Shown here: piece after piece, positions 61,362-64,000 of the stretch
How the letters are laid out: every line of letters begins with the position of its first letter
How positions within the stretch are numbered: position 1 is the stretch's first letter
Assembly: GCA_963693365.1 (NCBI GenBank)
Contig: CAVNZM010000006.1
Span: 7,233,264-7,297,263, forward strand
DNA: 64,000 nucleotides
Direction: 5' to 3'
Source of the DNA: Amoebidium appalachense
Lineage: Eukaryota; Protista; Ichthyosporea
Notes under the pieces: model-generated
The model's input: the letters and a program-made list of their open reading frames with translations, nothing else
What the model was told of the DNA's origin: nothing
The model's database searches: none
Made by a program: the position numbers and the translations under genes

Positions 61362-61729
61362 TCATTCTGAGGGCTACTGCGGCTTCATCCACTTTTGCTC
61401 TTTTTTCGCATGAAAGTGCACAATATTATATAAGGCATTGCATTTTTATATAAGGCATTGCATTTACCAGGTTATTATATATGGTAGTTCGTCGATTGTT
61501 CCAGTCCGTCTCTGGTAAAAACGGAAGCCTTGCTTGTGTAAGGCACGTCTTTTCATCTCCAAAATCGAGGCAGCCGCAGTATGACTCGGATGCTTGTTTC
61601 GTTAGGAAAACCTCTACTACAGAGTCCTCCTCCGTAAGGCTTATTTGCGAAAGAGCAGAAAGGAATCTACATGTGGTATGGAAAAGGCATATAGCCTTGC
61701 CAATGGTGTCTCCCTGTGGTAGAGAGCTA

Positions 61730-61805
61730 GCCTTTTTGGCCTAGATGGTTTAGCCATCGGCCTAAGGACACCAAGTGCTCGGGTCCAAATCCCGATGGAG
61801 GAGGC
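61730..61805 (+). pseudogene. tRNA-derived sequence (tRNA pseudogene or SINE head), copy 1
   Basis: A-box TGGCCTAGATGG, T-arm TCGGG-TCCAAAT-CCCGA, acceptor-like GCCTTTT/AGGAGGC, then TTTTT; anticodon stem does not pair. Confidence 0.6.
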
Positions 61806-62171
61806 CTTTTTGTGAGCCATACTTCACTACAGAGGGTGCCAGCTCTTGAATAAAAACATGAAAAAAGGCAGGTTATTATGCGTTTAATCTTCTCTGGCTA
61901 TGACAACCACAGCTTATTATATATGGTAGTTCGTCGATTATTCCAGTCCGTCTCTGGTAAAAACGGAAGCCTTGCTTGTGTAAGGCACGTCTTTTCATCT
62001 CCAAAATCGAGGCAGCCGCAGTATGACTCGGATGCTTGTTTCGTTAGGAAAACCTCTACTACAGAGTCCTCCTCCGTAAGGCTTATTTGCGAAAGAGCAG
62101 AAAGGAATCTACATGTGGTATGGAAAAGGCATATAGCCTTGCCAATGGTGTCTCCCTGTGGTAGAGAGCTA

Positions 62172-62247
62172 GCCTTTTTGGCCTAGATGGTTTAGCCATC
62201 GGCCTAAGGACACCAAGTGCTCGGGTCCAAATCCCGATGGAGGAGGC
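62172..62247 (+). pseudogene. tRNA-derived sequence, copy 2
   Basis: Identical to 61730-61805 (offset 442). Confidence 0.6.
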
Positions 62248-62498
62248 CTTTTTGTGAGCCATACTTCACTACAGAGGGTGCCAGCTCTTGAATAAAAACA
62301 TGAAAAAAGGCAGGTTATTATGCGTTTAATCTTCTCTGGCTATGACAACCACAGCTTAGTAAGCCTTTGGAAGTGGCTCCGAAGCCTTAGCTTGACTTGT
62401 ACACTTTTTTTTTTTTTTAAATCATGATAGCTTGACCTCTGGCCGGTAGCTCCGGTCCGGCGACCAAACTTTGAGCATTCAATTGCAGTGTCACAAAG

Positions 62499-62510
62499 TT
62501 TCGCGCCAAA
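62499..62510. promoter_or_regulatory. Candidate E2F site TTTCGCGCCAAA
   Basis: Matches the overlapping E2F element known from DHFR promoters; about 270 bp upstream of the candidate gene at 62776. Confidence 0.4.
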
Positions 62511-62775
62511 ATTGATAAATCGACAGAAATGCCCATCAAAAATATGAAACAATAACTATATATGGTAATAGCGCCCCAACGAGCCGTGCACGTCGCGTGC
62601 GACAGCCGCTCACAGCGAAAGTTTAGGGCAGCTATGAGTGGTGGAGGGGGGGAGGGTCCAGTTTTCCCCGTTACTTGAATACTATCATAGTAGTTTCACC
62701 CTTTGTGGACTACAGACTCTAACGCGTAGTAGTAGACATGACTAATGGTGTCCATTAATATCAGTCTTCGCAGTC

Positions 62776-63622
62776 ATGCCGTACAACTTGATAGATGGGG
62801 ACTGTATAGACACTTTCCTTACAAACCAGGCACCCAAGTCGCCCGATGCCTACTCAGCAACACTTAAAGTGGAAGATGAAAGACGTGCCCTACAAAGTAA
62901 TGTATTCTTTTTTTGTGCGCGGTTTTTTTTTTGGGGGGGGGGAAAGGGGGGGGGGGGGGAGGGGGGCTTAGTTGCTTACGAAAACGGAGAGCAGAGGGTG
63001 AGCACGGTGGGGAGCTTATACTTGCGCTTGCAGCAAGGTCTGGGATCTGCAAGGTTTATTTCTTTTACTGGTTATAAGGAAACGACGTGAGTAAGAAGTC
63101 AAAGTTTTAAGTTTCAGATTTGAGAAATGACTGGGAAAGAGAGGGGTTAATTGGCGGGAAAGCACCGATACGTGGGGCCGGGGGGGGGGGGGGGTTGGGG
63201 GGGGTGGGGGGGGGGGGGGGGGTTGGGGGGTGGAGGGGGCGGGGGGGAGCTTGACGAACACGGTCCGTGCTGATGAGGTGTAAAGAGTGCTTCTGGTGTT
63301 GGTGTGTCCTTGTGTGTTCGCGCGCGCGCGTGCGCGCGTATGTGTGTGCGGGTACGCATCTACGTGCATGTGGTAGAAGGGTTAGGCGTGTAGGAAGGCA
63401 GGATAATGCAGGAATGAGTGTTCTTATCACCTGGTGTTGCAGCATCAATTCACACAGGTGTGTTATTCTAGGTTTGGCCCGGGAGGCAACCAGAAGGGGC
63501 CGGGTTCTTGGTGTGCTGGAAACCAACTCTGAGGTGACGAGGGTTCTGAATGCCTGCCCCATACCTGACGCCTACTGCTGTGGGGGGTGGTGGACTGGAA
63601 TGATAAGATGCCCGTCACGCAA
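62776..63622 (+). CDS. Partial spliced gene of unknown function (probably continues beyond the window)
   Basis: Candidate exons about 62776-62901, 63032-63086 and 63458-63622 with GT/AG ends in compatible phase; first exon has a diverged inverted paralog inside the 442-bp repeat. No domain recognised. Confidence 0.35.
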
Positions 63623-64000
63623 GTGCTTGTGTATGCGTGTGAGTGTGAGTGTGAATGTGTGTGTGTGAGTGAGTGTGTGTGTGTGTGTATGGGTGAATGT
63701 GTGTGTGCATATGTGTGGTTGTTGTGTGTGTGTGTGTGTTGTGCGTGTATGTGTGTGTGTGTCTTTTGATGGGTAGAAGGATGTAGGTGTGGATTTGCGT
63801 GTGAGTGTGCCTGTCTCTTTCTCCCTTTTTTTCTCTCTCCCTCCTGCCCTGTCCGTTTCTCTCTCTTTTGTGTCACTCCCCCCTCCCTCCCCCCCCCCCC
63901 CCCCCCCCCCACACACACACACCTTCTAATTCTCTCTCTCTGTCTGTCTCTCGGGTCCTTCTCTCTCCCTCTTACCCCTCCCCCTCCCTCCCTCTCCCTC

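Larger units (their letters stand above)
61472..62355 (+). repeat. 442-bp head-to-tail tandem duplication (61472-61913, 61914-62355)
   Basis: Copies identical as far as I can read except gattgttcc vs gattattcc; TTA microhomology at the junction. Confidence 0.95.

Noticed and set aside
61730-61805. Functional tRNA-Leu(AAG)
   Set aside because: Anticodon stem unpaired, T-loop TCC instead of TTC, 3 extra nt before the acceptor strand, and no long variable arm.

Overview
Eukaryotic nuclear DNA with spliceosomal introns packed with (CA/TG)n, (GA)n and long poly-G/poly-C runs, which generate most of the ORF track as noise. The gene content fits a unicellular opisthokont, but that is inference only. 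Reading splice phases by hand gives these host genes: a CIN85/CD2AP-like SH3 adaptor (-), a frameshifted Tudor-domain gene (+), a myristoylated PKA-like AGC kinase (+), a 13-exon PX-domain protein ending in an RVxF + ankyrin (MYPT-like) module (-), an intronless F-box gene (+) and the start of an unknown gene at the right edge. Mobile DNA: (i) a 3,744-bp TIR element (42227-45970) with a THAP-DDE_Tnp_4 (ISL2EU/Harbinger-type) transposase and, convergently, an EXO1/XPG-type 5' nuclease where ISL2EU normally carries a YqaJ exonuclease, which is the best candidate for an undescribed system; (ii) an intron-containing, decayed DUF6729-type transposase-like gene with a DEDDy 3'-5' exonuclease nested in its putative catalytic core; (iii) a 924-bp MITE within an 18-bp tandem array; (iv) intronic repeats that are always sense to the host gene; (v) a 442-bp tandem duplication carrying a tRNA-like sequence. 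All domain calls come from motif recognition by eye, not from database searches.
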